A stretch of 64,000 bases of DNA from Candidatus Bathyarchaeota archaeon (GCA_963811105.1 CAWEPZ010000011.1:1376001-1440000), one strand, 5' to 3'; numbered from the stretch's first letter, positions 37,824 through 48,283 are shown. Program-made: numbers and translations. The notes: generated by a model from the letters alone, not told the origin.

Positions 37824-38093
37824 ATGAAGCGAAAACTAATGGAAATCTTGGCTTGCCCAATAGACAAGTATCATCCACTTGACCTTCATGTTTTCGAAGA
37901 GAAAGACGAAATAGTGGAAGGTTTAATCGTTTGTCCCAAATGTTTACGCTGGTACCCAATAAGAGACGAAATTCCAGAAATGCTACCAGACGAGTTGCGC
38001 AAAGAAGCTGATGACCTGCCCTTCTTAAAGAAATGGAAAGAAAAAGTACCTGAAAAAATAGTAACTGAAGGAAAACCCTTCAACCTCAAATAA
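37824..38093 (+). CDS. trm112: Trm112 methyltransferase activator
   Basis: LMEILACPIDK, CPKCLRWYPIRDEIPEMLPD. Confidence 0.93.
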   Translation: MKRKLMEILACPIDKYHPLDLHVFEEKDEIVEGLIVCPKCLRWYPIRDEIPEMLPDELRKEADDLPFLKKWKEKVPEKIVTEGKPFNLK

Positions 38094-38097
38094 TTTT

Positions 38098-39048
38098 TTA
38101 TCTTTCTAAGTTTACTGCTCTGTTTTTGGCTGAAGATTGTATTGCAGCTTGAGCAATTTCTAATGCTTTTACGCCATCCTCTCCAGCTATGAGTGGCTTT
38201 TTCTTTTCAAGTATGCATTCTGCGAAGTGTTGCAATTCGCATTTTAGTGGCTCTTGGAATGGATATCTTGGTTGTCGCGTCTCTTTTTGCTGTTCAATCC
38301 ACAAGTCTTGAGTTATGTAATCCAACCTCATTATGGCGTCGCTTCCCGTAACGGTCAAAGTTCGTGTTTTATAGGGTGTTAGCCAGTTGGATTCTATGAA
38401 AGCGCTTTCTCCGCTTTTGTATGTAAGCATTATGTGAGCATAGTCCTCGAATTTTTTGGTTCGCATGCTTCCTGTTTTCGCGTAAACGGTTATTGGATCC
38501 TGTTTGGATATGAATCGCATGACATCTATGTCATGAATAGCTGTATCCTTAACAACTCCAACGTCGCCGATTCTTTCGGGCCACTGAGAAACACGTTTAG
38601 CATTAGAGCACACTAATTCACCGATTTTTTTGCTCTCTACTGCCTCACGGATGCTCTGAAGTCCAGGAATGAACCGCATTAAAAACCCAACAGTTAATAA
38701 TAGACCGTTTTCCTGAGCTGTTTCACAAAGTTTCTTGGCTTGCTTTGTGTTGGTTGCCATAGGTTTCTCAACCAGCACATTTTTTCCTGCCATGAGACCT
38801 TTGAGCGCTTCTTTAGCAAGATGCGTTGACCAAGTGCATACACTTATGGCTTCTATTTCTTTGTTTTTTAGCATTCGTGAGCTGTCCGTGTAAGCTTTTA
38901 CGCCGTACTGATTGGCCATGGTTTTGGCTCTTTCTGGATTCACATCACAAATCGCTATAAGCTCAGTCTGGGGTAGTTCCTTGTAGACTCTCGCATGGTT
39001 TTTGCCCCATGAACCTGTCCCGATAACTGCTACGCCAACTTTCCTCAT
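38098..39048 (-). CDS. Gfo/Idh/MocA oxidoreductase (UDP-GlcNAc(A) 3-dehydrogenase-like)
   Basis: IGTGSWGKNH, VEKP, DVGVVKDTAIHDID. Confidence 0.88.
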   Translation of the reverse strand: MRKVGVAVIGTGSWGKNHARVYKELPQTELIAICDVNPERAKTMANQYGVKAYTDSSRMLKNKEIEAISVCTWSTHLAKEALKGLMAGKNVLVEKPMATNTKQAKKLCETAQENGLLLTVGFLMRFIPGLQSIREAVESKKIGELVCSNAKRVSQWPERIGDVGVVKDTAIHDIDVMRFISKQDPITVYAKTGSMRTKKFEDYAHIMLTYKSGESAFIESNWLTPYKTRTLTVTGSDAIMRLDYITQDLWIEQQKETRQPRYPFQEPLKCELQHFAECILEKKKPLIAGEDGVKALEIAQAAIQSSAKNRAVNLER

Positions 39049-39050
39049 TG

Positions 39051-40379
39051 TTATCCAGTACCTCTTCCTAGCCCACGGTATTTGAAGCCTTCTGATTCCA
39101 CCTTTCTAGGCTCAAAAACACCGGCTAAATCCACGATTATTGACGGCGTTTTAGTTAATGGTTTGAGCTTCTTCAGGTTTAAGCGAGAAAACTGCTCATC
39201 GTTTGCGAGTATCACAATACAGTCAGCGCCTTCCACTGCCTCATTTAAGCTGCTCTTTACAAAAGCCAAATCTTGTGAGTCTCTTCTTGATGTTGGGTCA
39301 TAAAGGCTCGCCTTGGCGCCTTTCAACTCTAACATTTTAACAAAAACTACTGTTGCGGTGCTTGGACTAATTATGCCTAGAACAGCAATCCTTGCTCTTC
39401 TCAACGTTTTGCCACAGCTTCGCAGTGAATCTTGAGTTAAATTAACTGCGTGTTTAACCATATCTTCGTTTATTTGCCTAGATAATGATAGAAGTCTGAG
39501 TTTCGCATTAATATTATCTGCAGTTTCAAGCAAAAAGTATGCTTCATTTTTGTTTTCTTCTGCGACGGTTGTCGGACAAATCTTTTCATTTGGACCGAGC
39601 AATTTTAGAACTTCAAAGTAATCGATGTTTACATTTTCGCAGAATATCGCTAGCTCATTTGCTAAGGCTGTGTTTGCGTCTTGTTTAGCAACTGTGAAGA
39701 GTGCTGCTATTTCTGCTGTTTTGACATCGTTAACTTGTTTAACGTTTTTCGTTATTGTATTTAGAATGTTTGTTGCTGCTTCTAAGCTGGGTTTTCCAAC
39801 TCCAGCGACTCTTAATTCAAATTTGCTAAACTGCTTTGCGTTAGTCTCCGAGTCAAGGATTGGACAGTATGCTAAACCGAAATCCGCACCAGCTTTAAGC
39901 CCTGAAGTGTTTTCTAATGTATCCTTTGTCGTTCCCTCAATAAAGCCTAAACTTGCAGCGACACCATAAATCACCAGTGCTCCAGAGTGCAGCGCTGCTC
40001 CAACTTCCTTGCAGGCGTTCAATGTTTCTGAGAAATCGATTTTTTTCTTATCATCTACTTTTGCAGGCACAGCTATCATAATAATATCGCTTTTTGAAAC
40101 AGCCTTTTTCAATTCACTGGTTACAGTTAATTGTCCTGCCGTTATCAGGCTCTTCAAGTTGTCTTCAGTTTCTTGCGCTGCAAAAGGTGTTTTTCCCTTT
40201 GCAACTTTTTTTATGACGCTTACGTCAGCATCTGAGCACACTACTTTGAACCCTGCATTCGCAAAAGCAACTGCGAATAGAATTCCTTTTTGCCCGCATC
40301 CTATAACGCTCACTAAGTATTTTGAGCGCTTTTCATTCGTATCAATCTCTTCGACTTTTACATTGAGAATCGCGGGCAT
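39051..40379 (-). CDS. UDP-glucose/GDP-mannose dehydrogenase family protein, catalytically degenerate
   Basis: Three-domain layout recognisable (GCGQKG, DFGLAYCP, ALANELA, YDP, GFKYRGLGRG) but the EST, PER, catalytic Lys and GGHC motifs are absent. Confidence 0.82.
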   Translation of the reverse strand: MPAILNVKVEEIDTNEKRSKYLVSVIGCGQKGILFAVAFANAGFKVVCSDADVSVIKKVAKGKTPFAAQETEDNLKSLITAGQLTVTSELKKAVSKSDIIMIAVPAKVDDKKKIDFSETLNACKEVGAALHSGALVIYGVAASLGFIEGTTKDTLENTSGLKAGADFGLAYCPILDSETNAKQFSKFELRVAGVGKPSLEAATNILNTITKNVKQVNDVKTAEIAALFTVAKQDANTALANELAIFCENVNIDYFEVLKLLGPNEKICPTTVAEENKNEAYFLLETADNINAKLRLLSLSRQINEDMVKHAVNLTQDSLRSCGKTLRRARIAVLGIISPSTATVVFVKMLELKGAKASLYDPTSRRDSQDLAFVKSSLNEAVEGADCIVILANDEQFSRLNLKKLKPLTKTPSIIVDLAGVFEPRKVESEGFKYRGLGRGTG

Positions 40380-40409
40380 CGCAGTTTTCTCCCTTTGAGC
40401 TTTTGTTTG

Positions 40410-41786
40410 CTAGATGTTTTCGAGGATTTTTTCGAGCATAGAACTGTAGTCTTTGACCAGCTTTAATGCTTTTTCATGGTTTTTTGCCTCTGCATAGAGT
40501 CTGTACACTGGTTCTGTTCCACTTGGTCTAATTAGAATAGCGCTGTTGTCGCTAAACCAGATTTTTACGCCATCTATTGTGCTGATGTTTTCGCCCTTAA
40601 CTTGTTCGTAGAGCTTCTGCAGTAGAATTTCTTTTTTCTCGTCTGGGCACTCAATTTTTCCTTTCTCAATAAAATACTGGGGCTGTTCAGCAACTAGTTT
40701 AGATAAAGATTGTCCCGTTTGAGCCATTATGTCTAGCAATAGAGCTGTCGTCATTGCTCCATCACGGACTGCCTGGTGAGGACCATAGAAAACTCCGCCG
40801 TTTTCTTCTCCGCCCAATTTGGCGTCAAGTTCTTTCATTTTCTGCGAGACAGTTACGCTTCCAACTTTAGTCCAGACTAATTCGCCCTTGTAAGCTTCTA
40901 CTGTGTCCTTGATTAGTGTGGAAGAGCTCACGGGCGTAACAATCTTAGCGCCTGGGTTCTTAATCAAAAATTGTTTTATGATGATGGCGAAGGTTTTGTC
41001 TCCCCAGTAAATCATGCCGTTCTCGTCGACAAAGATTGATCTGTCAGCATCCCCGTCAAAGGCTACGCCCATATCTGCGCCGATTGCTTTAACAGTTGAA
41101 GCCAACTCTCCAAGGCTTTCAGGTCTTGGCTCGGGTAATCTTCCTGGAAATGTGCCGTCAATGTTTGCGTTGATAGTGGTTATTTTGCAGCCAAGTTCCC
41201 TCATCAGCGGTGGTGCTGTAATGCCCCCAACGCTGTTAGCGGCATCAACTACAACATGAAAGTGTTTTTGGGCTATTTTTGGTTGGTTAACAAGTTTCAT
41301 TATGGCTTGCACATATTCATCGTTAATTCCTTGGAGTTCACGTTCTCTTCCAAGTTTATCCCATTCTGCAAAAACTAGTTTATTATCAAAGTAAATATTT
41401 TCTATTTCAACTTCTTGCTCATGTGAAGTTTCTATGCCGTCACTCCAAATAACTTTAATGCCGTTATATTCCGCCGGATTATGAGATGCAGTTATTATTA
41501 CTCCTCCATCCATGTTATGGTTCTTAACTGCATATTGCAAAGAAGGCGTTGGAGCCATTCCAGCGAAAAACACGTTACACCCAGTCGCGGTTAAACCAGA
41601 AATCACCGCTTTAGAAAGCATTACGCCGCTAGTTCTAGCGTCATGTCCTAAAAGCAAATTTTTTCTTCCAAAAAACGTTCCAATTGAACAACCAACTTTT
41701 ATAGCCATTTCAGGCGTTAATTCAACATTGACTAGTCCTCTGATGCCGTTTGTTCCAAACAGTTTTCTTTCGGTCATAACTGTCAC
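40410..41786 (-). CDS. glmM: Phosphoglucosamine mutase / phosphohexomutase
   Basis: FGTNGIRG, TASHNP, FDGDADR, GGEENG, RPSGTEP. Confidence 0.92.
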   Translation of the reverse strand: MTVMTERKLFGTNGIRGLVNVELTPEMAIKVGCSIGTFFGRKNLLLGHDARTSGVMLSKAVISGLTATGCNVFFAGMAPTPSLQYAVKNHNMDGGVIITASHNPAEYNGIKVIWSDGIETSHEQEVEIENIYFDNKLVFAEWDKLGRERELQGINDEYVQAIMKLVNQPKIAQKHFHVVVDAANSVGGITAPPLMRELGCKITTINANIDGTFPGRLPEPRPESLGELASTVKAIGADMGVAFDGDADRSIFVDENGMIYWGDKTFAIIIKQFLIKNPGAKIVTPVSSSTLIKDTVEAYKGELVWTKVGSVTVSQKMKELDAKLGGEENGGVFYGPHQAVRDGAMTTALLLDIMAQTGQSLSKLVAEQPQYFIEKGKIECPDEKKEILLQKLYEQVKGENISTIDGVKIWFSDNSAILIRPSGTEPVYRLYAEAKNHEKALKLVKDYSSMLEKILENI

Positions 41787-41796
41787 TTCAATGCTA

Positions 41797-42888
41797 TTAA
41801 TAGTGAATCTTGGGTTTTAAAACGTTTTCAGCCACTTCTTTACCTGGACAAATCTTCCCTGAAAGTTCAATATTATCTTCAACTTTTGCGTGATCCCCAA
41901 TTATGCAACCGCTACGAATCTTGACTTTTTTTCCAATTCTTGCTCCTTCCCCAATTATCGTCCCGTTAATTGAGGCAAAATCATCTATCTGAACGTTAGG
42001 AAAAATCACCGAGTTGCTTATTTGAACATTTTTTCCTACCCTAACATTTTTTCCTAAAATTGCGTATGGTCCAATAATTGATCTTTCGTCTACGAAAACT
42101 TTTTTATCAAATGCTACTGGATTTCTTATTTCAAAGTTTTCAGCTTTTTTCTGTTTGAGATTTTTAGCCAAGGAATCAAGTATGATTTTGTTTGCGGTCA
42201 AGTATTCTTCCGGTTTCCCTATGTCTATCCATATACCACTGACGAAATGACCATAGAGTTTGCCCTCTTCGGCTAGTTTGGGAAAAACCTCTCTCTCAAC
42301 TGAAACTGCCTTTCCGGGGGGAATGTAGTCAAAGACTTTTGGGCTAAGAACATAGACTCCAGCATTTATCAGGTTGCTTGGTGCTTTGCTCTTAGATGGT
42401 TTTTCTATAAACCGTTTTATGCAGTTACCATTTACTAATTCAGCCACGCCGTATCTACACGGATCTTCAACCTTGCACAGTGCAATCGTCCCTAAAGCTC
42501 CCGAATTAATGTGCGCGTTAATTAGTTCCCTGTAACCAATGTCAGCAAATATGTCTCCGTTCAAGACAATAAATGGCTCATCATGTCCCAAAAGTTTTTC
42601 AGCTTTTTTCACTGGACCCGCAGTTCCCAGAGGCATTTTCGGCGGATCAATCGAGAATCTGATTTTCAATCCATGTCTCGCTGGCCGTTCTTGCTTTATG
42701 TAAAATTGGGTAAGAGCATTAACTGCCATTATAGCTTCATCAACGCCGTTGCCAGATAGTCTTTCAAAAATCCATTCAAGCAATGGTTTGTTAACTATTG
42801 GGAAAAGAGTCTTTGGCCTAGAGCAACTTAGTGGTCGTAGCCTAGTTGCGAAGCCTCCTGCTAAGATTACCGCTTTCAGACGTGTCAC
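41797..42888 (-). CDS. NDP-sugar synthase (mannose-1-phosphate guanylyltransferase-like)
   Basis: ILAGGFATRLRP, LGTAG, NGD, EKP, WIDIG, hexapeptide tail. Confidence 0.92.
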   Translation of the reverse strand: MTRLKAVILAGGFATRLRPLSCSRPKTLFPIVNKPLLEWIFERLSGNGVDEAIMAVNALTQFYIKQERPARHGLKIRFSIDPPKMPLGTAGPVKKAEKLLGHDEPFIVLNGDIFADIGYRELINAHINSGALGTIALCKVEDPCRYGVAELVNGNCIKRFIEKPSKSKAPSNLINAGVYVLSPKVFDYIPPGKAVSVEREVFPKLAEEGKLYGHFVSGIWIDIGKPEEYLTANKIILDSLAKNLKQKKAENFEIRNPVAFDKKVFVDERSIIGPYAILGKNVRVGKNVQISNSVIFPNVQIDDFASINGTIIGEGARIGKKVKIRSGCIIGDHAKVEDNIELSGKICPGKEVAENVLKPKIHY

Positions 42889-42942
42889 CTTATTGTAAGA
42901 GTAATAGTGTATGGCTTGTTTTTATTTAAAGAATTTTGGACT

Positions 42943-44493
42943 TTATTCCCACTCTATTGTTGCAGGAGGTTTATGCGTAATATCATACACCACTCGGGTA
43001 ACTTGTGGAATCTCGTTTGTTATTCGGGTTGAAATTTTTTCAAGTACTGGATATGGAATTTGAGCAAAGTTAGCCGTCATTGCTTCTCGGCTTTCCGCAG
43101 CTCGAACTGCCACTACGTAACCATATGCTCTCGAGTCGCCCTTCACGCCTGTCGCTTTTGTATCTGTTAACACAGCAAAGTATTGCCATAAATGTTCATC
43201 TAAGCCATTTTTCTCAATTTCCTTGCGAACGATAGCATCGGCTTTTTTGGCAACGCTCACTTTTTCTGCAGTTAATTCTCCTATTATGCGTACTGCCAAG
43301 CCTGGCCCCGGGAACGGTTGTCGATTGACAAGTTCTTTGGGTAATCCCAGCATTTTGGCAACTTTGCGCACCTCATCTTTGTAGAGGTCACGGAGAGGTT
43401 CAACTATTTTTTTGAATTTAATTTTTAATGGTAATCCTGCAACATTATGATGCGATTTTATAACGTTTGAGTTCTTTCGGATACCTGATTCAATTCTGTC
43501 TGGGTATATTGTGCCTTGAAGCAGGTATTGGGCGCCAGCCTTTTCAGCGATTTCCTCGAAAACTCGGATGAACTCTTCTCCAATTACTTTTCGTTTCATT
43601 TCGGGATCTGCGACGCCTTTGAGTTTCTGCATAAACCGTTCTTGTGCATTAGCTACTATGAAGTTGATTGAGAATTTTTGGAAGGTCTCTCTGATTGCTT
43701 CAGGTTCGCCTTCCCTCATGAACCCATGGTCTACAAAAACTGCAGTTAACTTATCCCCAAGTGCTTGGGCTGCAAGTGCAGTAGCGACACTTGAGTCTAT
43801 GCCTCCGCTTAGACCTATGATAGCTCGGCTCGCGCCGATTTCCGATTTTATTTCTGTAACCATTTTTCCGATTAAGTCTTCCATTTGCCAGTTCGCTTGG
43901 CATTTGCAAACTTGAAAAATAAAGTTGCGGAGCATGCGCATTCCGTTTTCTGTGTGAATAACTTCTGGGTGCCATTGTAAGCCATAAATTGGTTTTTGCT
44001 TATGTCTAAAGGCGGCGACGGGACAGTTTTCGGTGTGAGCTAATGCTTCATAGTCAGGTGATAGAGCAAAAACTGTGTCGCCATGGCTCATCCAAACTTT
44101 CTCTTTCTCACTTAACCCTTCCAGGACTCCCACGGGTTTATCGACAGATATTTGCGCAACGCCATATTCTTTGCAGGTTGCTGGTTCAACTTTGCCATTG
44201 GTTAATTGAGCCAAAAGCTGGTGACCATAACATAAGCCTAGAATCGGCAGATTTACCTCTAAAATACGAGGGTGAAGTTTAGGCGCGTTTGGTTCGTAAA
44301 CGCTTGCGGGTCCTCCTGAAAGAATTAAGCCTCTAACGTTGAATTTCTCTTTTAGGGATGCCACTTCTTCGGGTGATATATCGTAGGGAACAATTTCTGA
44401 GTAGACGCCGTTTTCTCTGATTCTTCTGCCGATAAGATGGCAGTATTGTCCCCCAAAATCCAATACGAGTATGGTGTCATATTTTACTTGCAT
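42943..44493 (-). CDS. guaA: GMP synthase (fused GATase and ATPPase)
   Basis: DFGGQY, GLCYG, WHPEV, SGGIDS, KSHHN, KPPATIEWE. Confidence 0.97.
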   Translation of the reverse strand: MQVKYDTILVLDFGGQYCHLIGRRIRENGVYSEIVPYDISPEEVASLKEKFNVRGLILSGGPASVYEPNAPKLHPRILEVNLPILGLCYGHQLLAQLTNGKVEPATCKEYGVAQISVDKPVGVLEGLSEKEKVWMSHGDTVFALSPDYEALAHTENCPVAAFRHKQKPIYGLQWHPEVIHTENGMRMLRNFIFQVCKCQANWQMEDLIGKMVTEIKSEIGASRAIIGLSGGIDSSVATALAAQALGDKLTAVFVDHGFMREGEPEAIRETFQKFSINFIVANAQERFMQKLKGVADPEMKRKVIGEEFIRVFEEIAEKAGAQYLLQGTIYPDRIESGIRKNSNVIKSHHNVAGLPLKIKFKKIVEPLRDLYKDEVRKVAKMLGLPKELVNRQPFPGPGLAVRIIGELTAEKVSVAKKADAIVRKEIEKNGLDEHLWQYFAVLTDTKATGVKGDSRAYGYVVAVRAAESREAMTANFAQIPYPVLEKISTRITNEIPQVTRVVYDITHKPPATIEWE

Positions 44494-44718
44494 TGCAGTG
44501 GCTCAAAACTATTGGGGTTGGTGCGGTAATTTAAGATTACTATCCGATAAGCACCAAAATCCAAAGTAGCTATAACGTCCTTTAATCTTCATATTCTTAA
44601 CTTTAGCATTTGATGAATTGCAGAAAAAACTAAACTTTTATTAATGCAATCATACGATATTAAAACTAATGTCTCATAAAGGCCAATTAAATTGAAAAAA
44701 CGTGCAGGAAATAAGAGT

Positions 44719-45162
44719 ATGGAACTAAATGAAACAGACTTAAAAATTCTTAAAGGCCTATTAGAAGATGCAAGGTTTTCAAGTAGACAAATAGCCAAAA
44801 CTGTAGGCGTTTCAGTCGGAACCGTTTTGTCTAGAATCAAGAAAATGGAAGATGAAGGCCTCATTAAGGGCTACTCAGTATTGCTTGACCATGAAAAACT
44901 CGGTTACCAGCTAACAGTTGTTACTGAGATCACAGTTTCAAAGGGCAGGCTTGTCGAAACCGAGCAAGAAATTGCTAAAATTTCCAATGTCTGCAGCGTC
45001 TACGACGTCACAGGCTTAACAGATGCTATCATTGTTGCAAAGTTTAAAAGCAGAGAGGACCTTGGCGCATTCACTAAGAAATTGCTTTCTTTGCCATACA
45101 TTGAACGGACAAACACGCACGTAGTATTAACTACAGTGAAAGAAAACTTCCGCTTGCTATAA
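44719..45162 (+). CDS. Lrp/AsnC family transcriptional regulator
   Basis: N-terminal HTH, YDVTGLTD RAM domain. Confidence 0.93.
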   Translation: MELNETDLKILKGLLEDARFSSRQIAKTVGVSVGTVLSRIKKMEDEGLIKGYSVLLDHEKLGYQLTVVTEITVSKGRLVETEQEIAKISNVCSVYDVTGLTDAIIVAKFKSREDLGAFTKKLLSLPYIERTNTHVVLTTVKENFRLL

Positions 45163-45167
45163 TTAAC

Positions 45168-46238
45168 CTATTTTTCGTTATGGTTTTCTTTTTTATAATT
45201 TTGCTCAGGTGTAGCAATCGTGATTTTTGTATCTGAGGCAACTGATGATGTTATCCAGACATTTCCGCCTATGACAACGTTATCGCCAATTACGGCATCC
45301 GGTCCAAGCAAGGTTGCACCTGAATATATAACAACGTTGTTTCCAACTGTAGGATGTCTTTTTCTTCCTTTGATAATGTTGCCTTTCTCATCTTTCGGAA
45401 AACTTAATGCGCCCAGAGTCACGCCTTGGTAGAGTTTTACATTGTCACCAATTTCTGTGGTTTCACCAATGACTACTCCAGTTCCGTGGTCGATGAAGAA
45501 GTTTTTGCCTATTTTTGCTCCTGGATGAATATCTATGCCTGTCAAGGAATGCATGTGCTCACTCATTATTCTGGGAATCAAGGGTATTCCACGAAGATAT
45601 AGTTCATGGGCTATTCTGTAAGTTGTTATAGCTAAAACGCATGGGTAACTTAGGATCACTTCTTCCGTGCTTACTGCTGCGGGGTCTCCTGCGTAAGCGG
45701 CTTGGACGTCTCCGCTTAACATGGAGCGTATTTCAGGAAGTTTATCAAGAAGTTCTTTGACAACAATGTTGGCTCTTTTTCGGCATACGTCCTGAGGGCA
45801 CTCACTTATTTTTCTGCAAATATACTTGAGGCTTTTCTCAACTTCTTCGGTTAGTCGGGCGTACACTGAGGCTAGGGTTGTTCCAAGATAATACTGTACG
45901 TTGGCTTTGGTGATTTCTTCTTTACCCAAATATCCGGGGAACAAAATTGTGAATAAGTCCTCTAATACTTCGGTGACTACTTTTTTTGAGGGAAGATCTC
46001 GTCCTTCAAGATGGTCCATGCCGCCGAAAGTTTGGTAATTACTTACCATTTTGTTTACTAATTTTGGTAAGCCTTTTTCAACCCAGTTCTGATCCTCTTC
46101 GTCATTATTACGCATCAAGATGTCTAGCATTCTGTCTGGGTTCCAGCAGTCCACTTCCAGATTCTTATCAGTGCATTGTTCTTTATCATTACATTGTTCG
46201 CATTCTTTAAGGCGCGGTTGGTTATCCTTTGTTGTCAT
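45168..46238 (-). CDS. cysE: Serine O-acetyltransferase (EpsC type)
   Basis: [38 protein letters not shown]. Confidence 0.94.
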   Translation of the reverse strand: MTTKDNQPRLKECEQCNDKEQCTDKNLEVDCWNPDRMLDILMRNNDEEDQNWVEKGLPKLVNKMVSNYQTFGGMDHLEGRDLPSKKVVTEVLEDLFTILFPGYLGKEEITKANVQYYLGTTLASVYARLTEEVEKSLKYICRKISECPQDVCRKRANIVVKELLDKLPEIRSMLSGDVQAAYAGDPAAVSTEEVILSYPCVLAITTYRIAHELYLRGIPLIPRIMSEHMHSLTGIDIHPGAKIGKNFFIDHGTGVVIGETTEIGDNVKLYQGVTLGALSFPKDEKGNIIKGRKRHPTVGNNVVIYSGATLLGPDAVIGDNVVIGGNVWITSSVASDTKITIATPEQNYKKENHNEK

Positions 46239-46313
46239 TTTGCTTACCTTCTTCTCAATAATTAAAAAGGGGGAATATAAGAGAAGCTCCTTGAAAAAGA
46301 GAAAAAACAGGAA

Positions 46314-47276
46314 TTAGATGCTAGAGTTTGTGCTTGAGACTGTCTCTTGGAACAAGACTGTACTTAGGTAACGCTCACCTGTATCTGGAAGAATGGCAAC
46401 TATTAGTTTTCCTTTGTTTTCAGCTCGTTTCGCAATTTCAAGCGCGGCAAAGACTGCTGCACCTGACGATATGCCTACAAGTAAGCCTTCTTTTAGCACC
46501 AGTTGCCTTGCGGTTTGAATTGCGTCTTCATCTTTTACTTTGAAAATTTCATCCACTAAGTCAAGCTTTAATACATCTGGTTTGAAACCTGCTCCTATAC
46601 CTTGAATTTTGTGTGGCCCTTTTAGTCCACCGCTTAGGACTGGTGAAGATGCAGGTTCTACGGCTACAGCTTTGAACGCAGGTTTAAGGGGTTTAATATA
46701 TTGAGCTATACCTGTTATGGTTCCCCCTGTTCCAACTCCGGCAACTACAATGTCAACTTTGCCATCGGTGTCTTCCCAAATTTCTGGTCCAGTGGTTTCT
46801 CTGTGAACTTTTGGATTAGCTAGATTCTTAAATTGTTGGGGAACGAAGCTGTTTGGTGTTTGCGCGGCTATTTCGTCTGCTTTTTTAATAGCGCCACCCA
46901 TGCCGTCTGGTCCTGATGTGAGAACGAGTTGTGCGCCGTAAGCTTTGAGCAAATTGCGTCGCTCAATGCTCATGGTTTCTGGCATTGTCAGTATTAGTTT
47001 GTAGCCTTTCACGGCTGCTACCATGGCTAAGCCGATGCCTGTGTTGCCGCTTGTAGGTTCAATAATGGTGGTGTCTGGCTTGATTAGGCCTTGTTTTTCT
47101 GCTTCGATTATCATGCTTAGGCAGATGCGGTCTTTGACGCTTCCTCCGGGGTTGCGTGCTTCGAGTTTGACTGCTACGGTGGCGTTTGAGTCTTGGGTTA
47201 GTTTGTTTAGCTTTACTATTGGTGTTTTTCCTATTGTTTCGAGGACGTTGTTGTAGATTCTTGTCGTGTTTATCAC
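46314..47276 (-). CDS. cysK: Cysteine synthase A
   Basis: [12 protein letters not shown] lysine, [28 protein letters not shown]. Confidence 0.97.
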   Translation of the reverse strand: MINTTRIYNNVLETIGKTPIVKLNKLTQDSNATVAVKLEARNPGGSVKDRICLSMIIEAEKQGLIKPDTTIIEPTSGNTGIGLAMVAAVKGYKLILTMPETMSIERRNLLKAYGAQLVLTSGPDGMGGAIKKADEIAAQTPNSFVPQQFKNLANPKVHRETTGPEIWEDTDGKVDIVVAGVGTGGTITGIAQYIKPLKPAFKAVAVEPASSPVLSGGLKGPHKIQGIGAGFKPDVLKLDLVDEIFKVKDEDAIQTARQLVLKEGLLVGISSGAAVFAALEIAKRAENKGKLIVAILPDTGERYLSTVLFQETVSSTNSSI

Positions 47277-47278
47277 CT

Positions 47279-47299
47279 AATTATAACACTGTTATAATT
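47279..47299. promoter_or_regulatory. Perfect 21-bp palindromic operator upstream of cysK
   Basis: AATTATAACA-C-TGTTATAATT, 2 bp from the cysK GTG. Confidence 0.65.
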
Positions 47300-47455
47300 C
47301 TGAGGGAAATAAACTTTACTCCCTCAACAAAATATGCAGCAAATTCACGGTAATAAACAAATCTAACAAGTAGTCGTCCTAAACCAAAAAGTAAAGTCTT
47401 TAAATGCCATAACTAATTCTATATTCCGCCAGCCTCAATAAACAAAAAGATACTT

Positions 47456-47540
47456 GCGGAGGTCGCCCAGCATGGCCAAAGGCGTAGGACTGAGGCTCCT
47501 ATCCCGCAGGGGTTCGTGGGTTCAAATCCCACCCTCCGCA
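47456..47540 (+). tRNA. tRNA-Leu(GAG)
   Basis: Acceptor GCGGAGG/CCTCCGC-A, anticodon arm TAGGA-CTGAGGC-TCCTA, long variable arm, GGTTCAAATCC; no intron, CCA not encoded. Confidence 0.96.
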
Positions 47541-47767
47541 CTTCGTTTTACTCGCTGTTTTCGCCCATTTTAAGCCCGTTTTGAGCTTAAAGCGGTAGAA
47601 ATTTAACATCAAAATGAAGGGTAGTTTGAGGTTTCACTTGAGCGTTTGAACTGTCATTTCTTAAGCGTTGTTTCTTTTCTTAAGAAGAGGTCTTTTCTGG
47701 TTTTAAAATTTTGTTATCGATAATTGATTATGGTTATTGGAAAACCTTATATCCATAGGCAGCCAAC

Positions 47768-47782
47768 ACTTACTTTGTAAGT
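47768..47782. promoter_or_regulatory. Palindromic putative autoregulatory operator
   Basis: ACTTAC-TTT-GTAAGT downstream of a BRE/TATA-like GGAAAACCTTATAT (about 47739-47752); extra CTTAC half-site at 47792. Confidence 0.55.
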
Positions 47783-47815
47783 ATCTAAACTCTTACGTCT
47801 GGATGGCAAGTGAAA

Positions 47816-48283
47816 ATGAGTCTAAGTTTAGCATATTTAACCCTAAAGCAAAGACAGATGTGGGACCTCAAAAGCAACGGAATTCCAGAAGCAACCATCG
47901 CCCGCAAACTAAACATAACCCGACAAACAGTCCACCAAACCCTCGACATTGCCCACCTCAAAATCGACGAAGCCCTCAAAGAAGTAGCAAAAATCAACAA
48001 AATCGACATAGAAACACTCAACGCAAATAGAGGATTCCTAACAGGATACAGCAGCCACTTCAAAACCCCAGCCTTCATAACCTTCTCAGCAAAAAACGGC
48101 GTTCAAGTCTGGTACAAACATGAAGGGGACTGCGAAAAATGCAACAAACTCCAAGTATGCAGAGATGCCCTGCTTGCAGAGGCTAAAGACCGCAACTTCC
48201 TGCTCTTAGACGATACTAGCAAGATTTTGCCATCCAAATTAGCAGAAGCATTATTCGCTAAGATAACAGGTGAAGAAATATGA
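47816..48283 (+). CDS. HTH DNA-binding protein with C-terminal His/Cys cluster
   Basis: LTLKQRQMW..EATIARKLNITRQTVHQTL HTH; HEGDCEKCNKLQVC. Confidence 0.82.
   Translation: MSLSLAYLTLKQRQMWDLKSNGIPEATIARKLNITRQTVHQTLDIAHLKIDEALKEVAKINKIDIETLNANRGFLTGYSSHFKTPAFITFSAKNGVQVWYKHEGDCEKCNKLQVCRDALLAEAKDRNFLLLDDTSKILPSKLAEALFAKITGEEI

Noticed and set aside
47568-47592. Hairpin TTTAAGCCC-GTTTT-GAGCTTAAA after tRNA-Leu
   Set aside because: Short and mismatched; could be a terminator but cannot be supported
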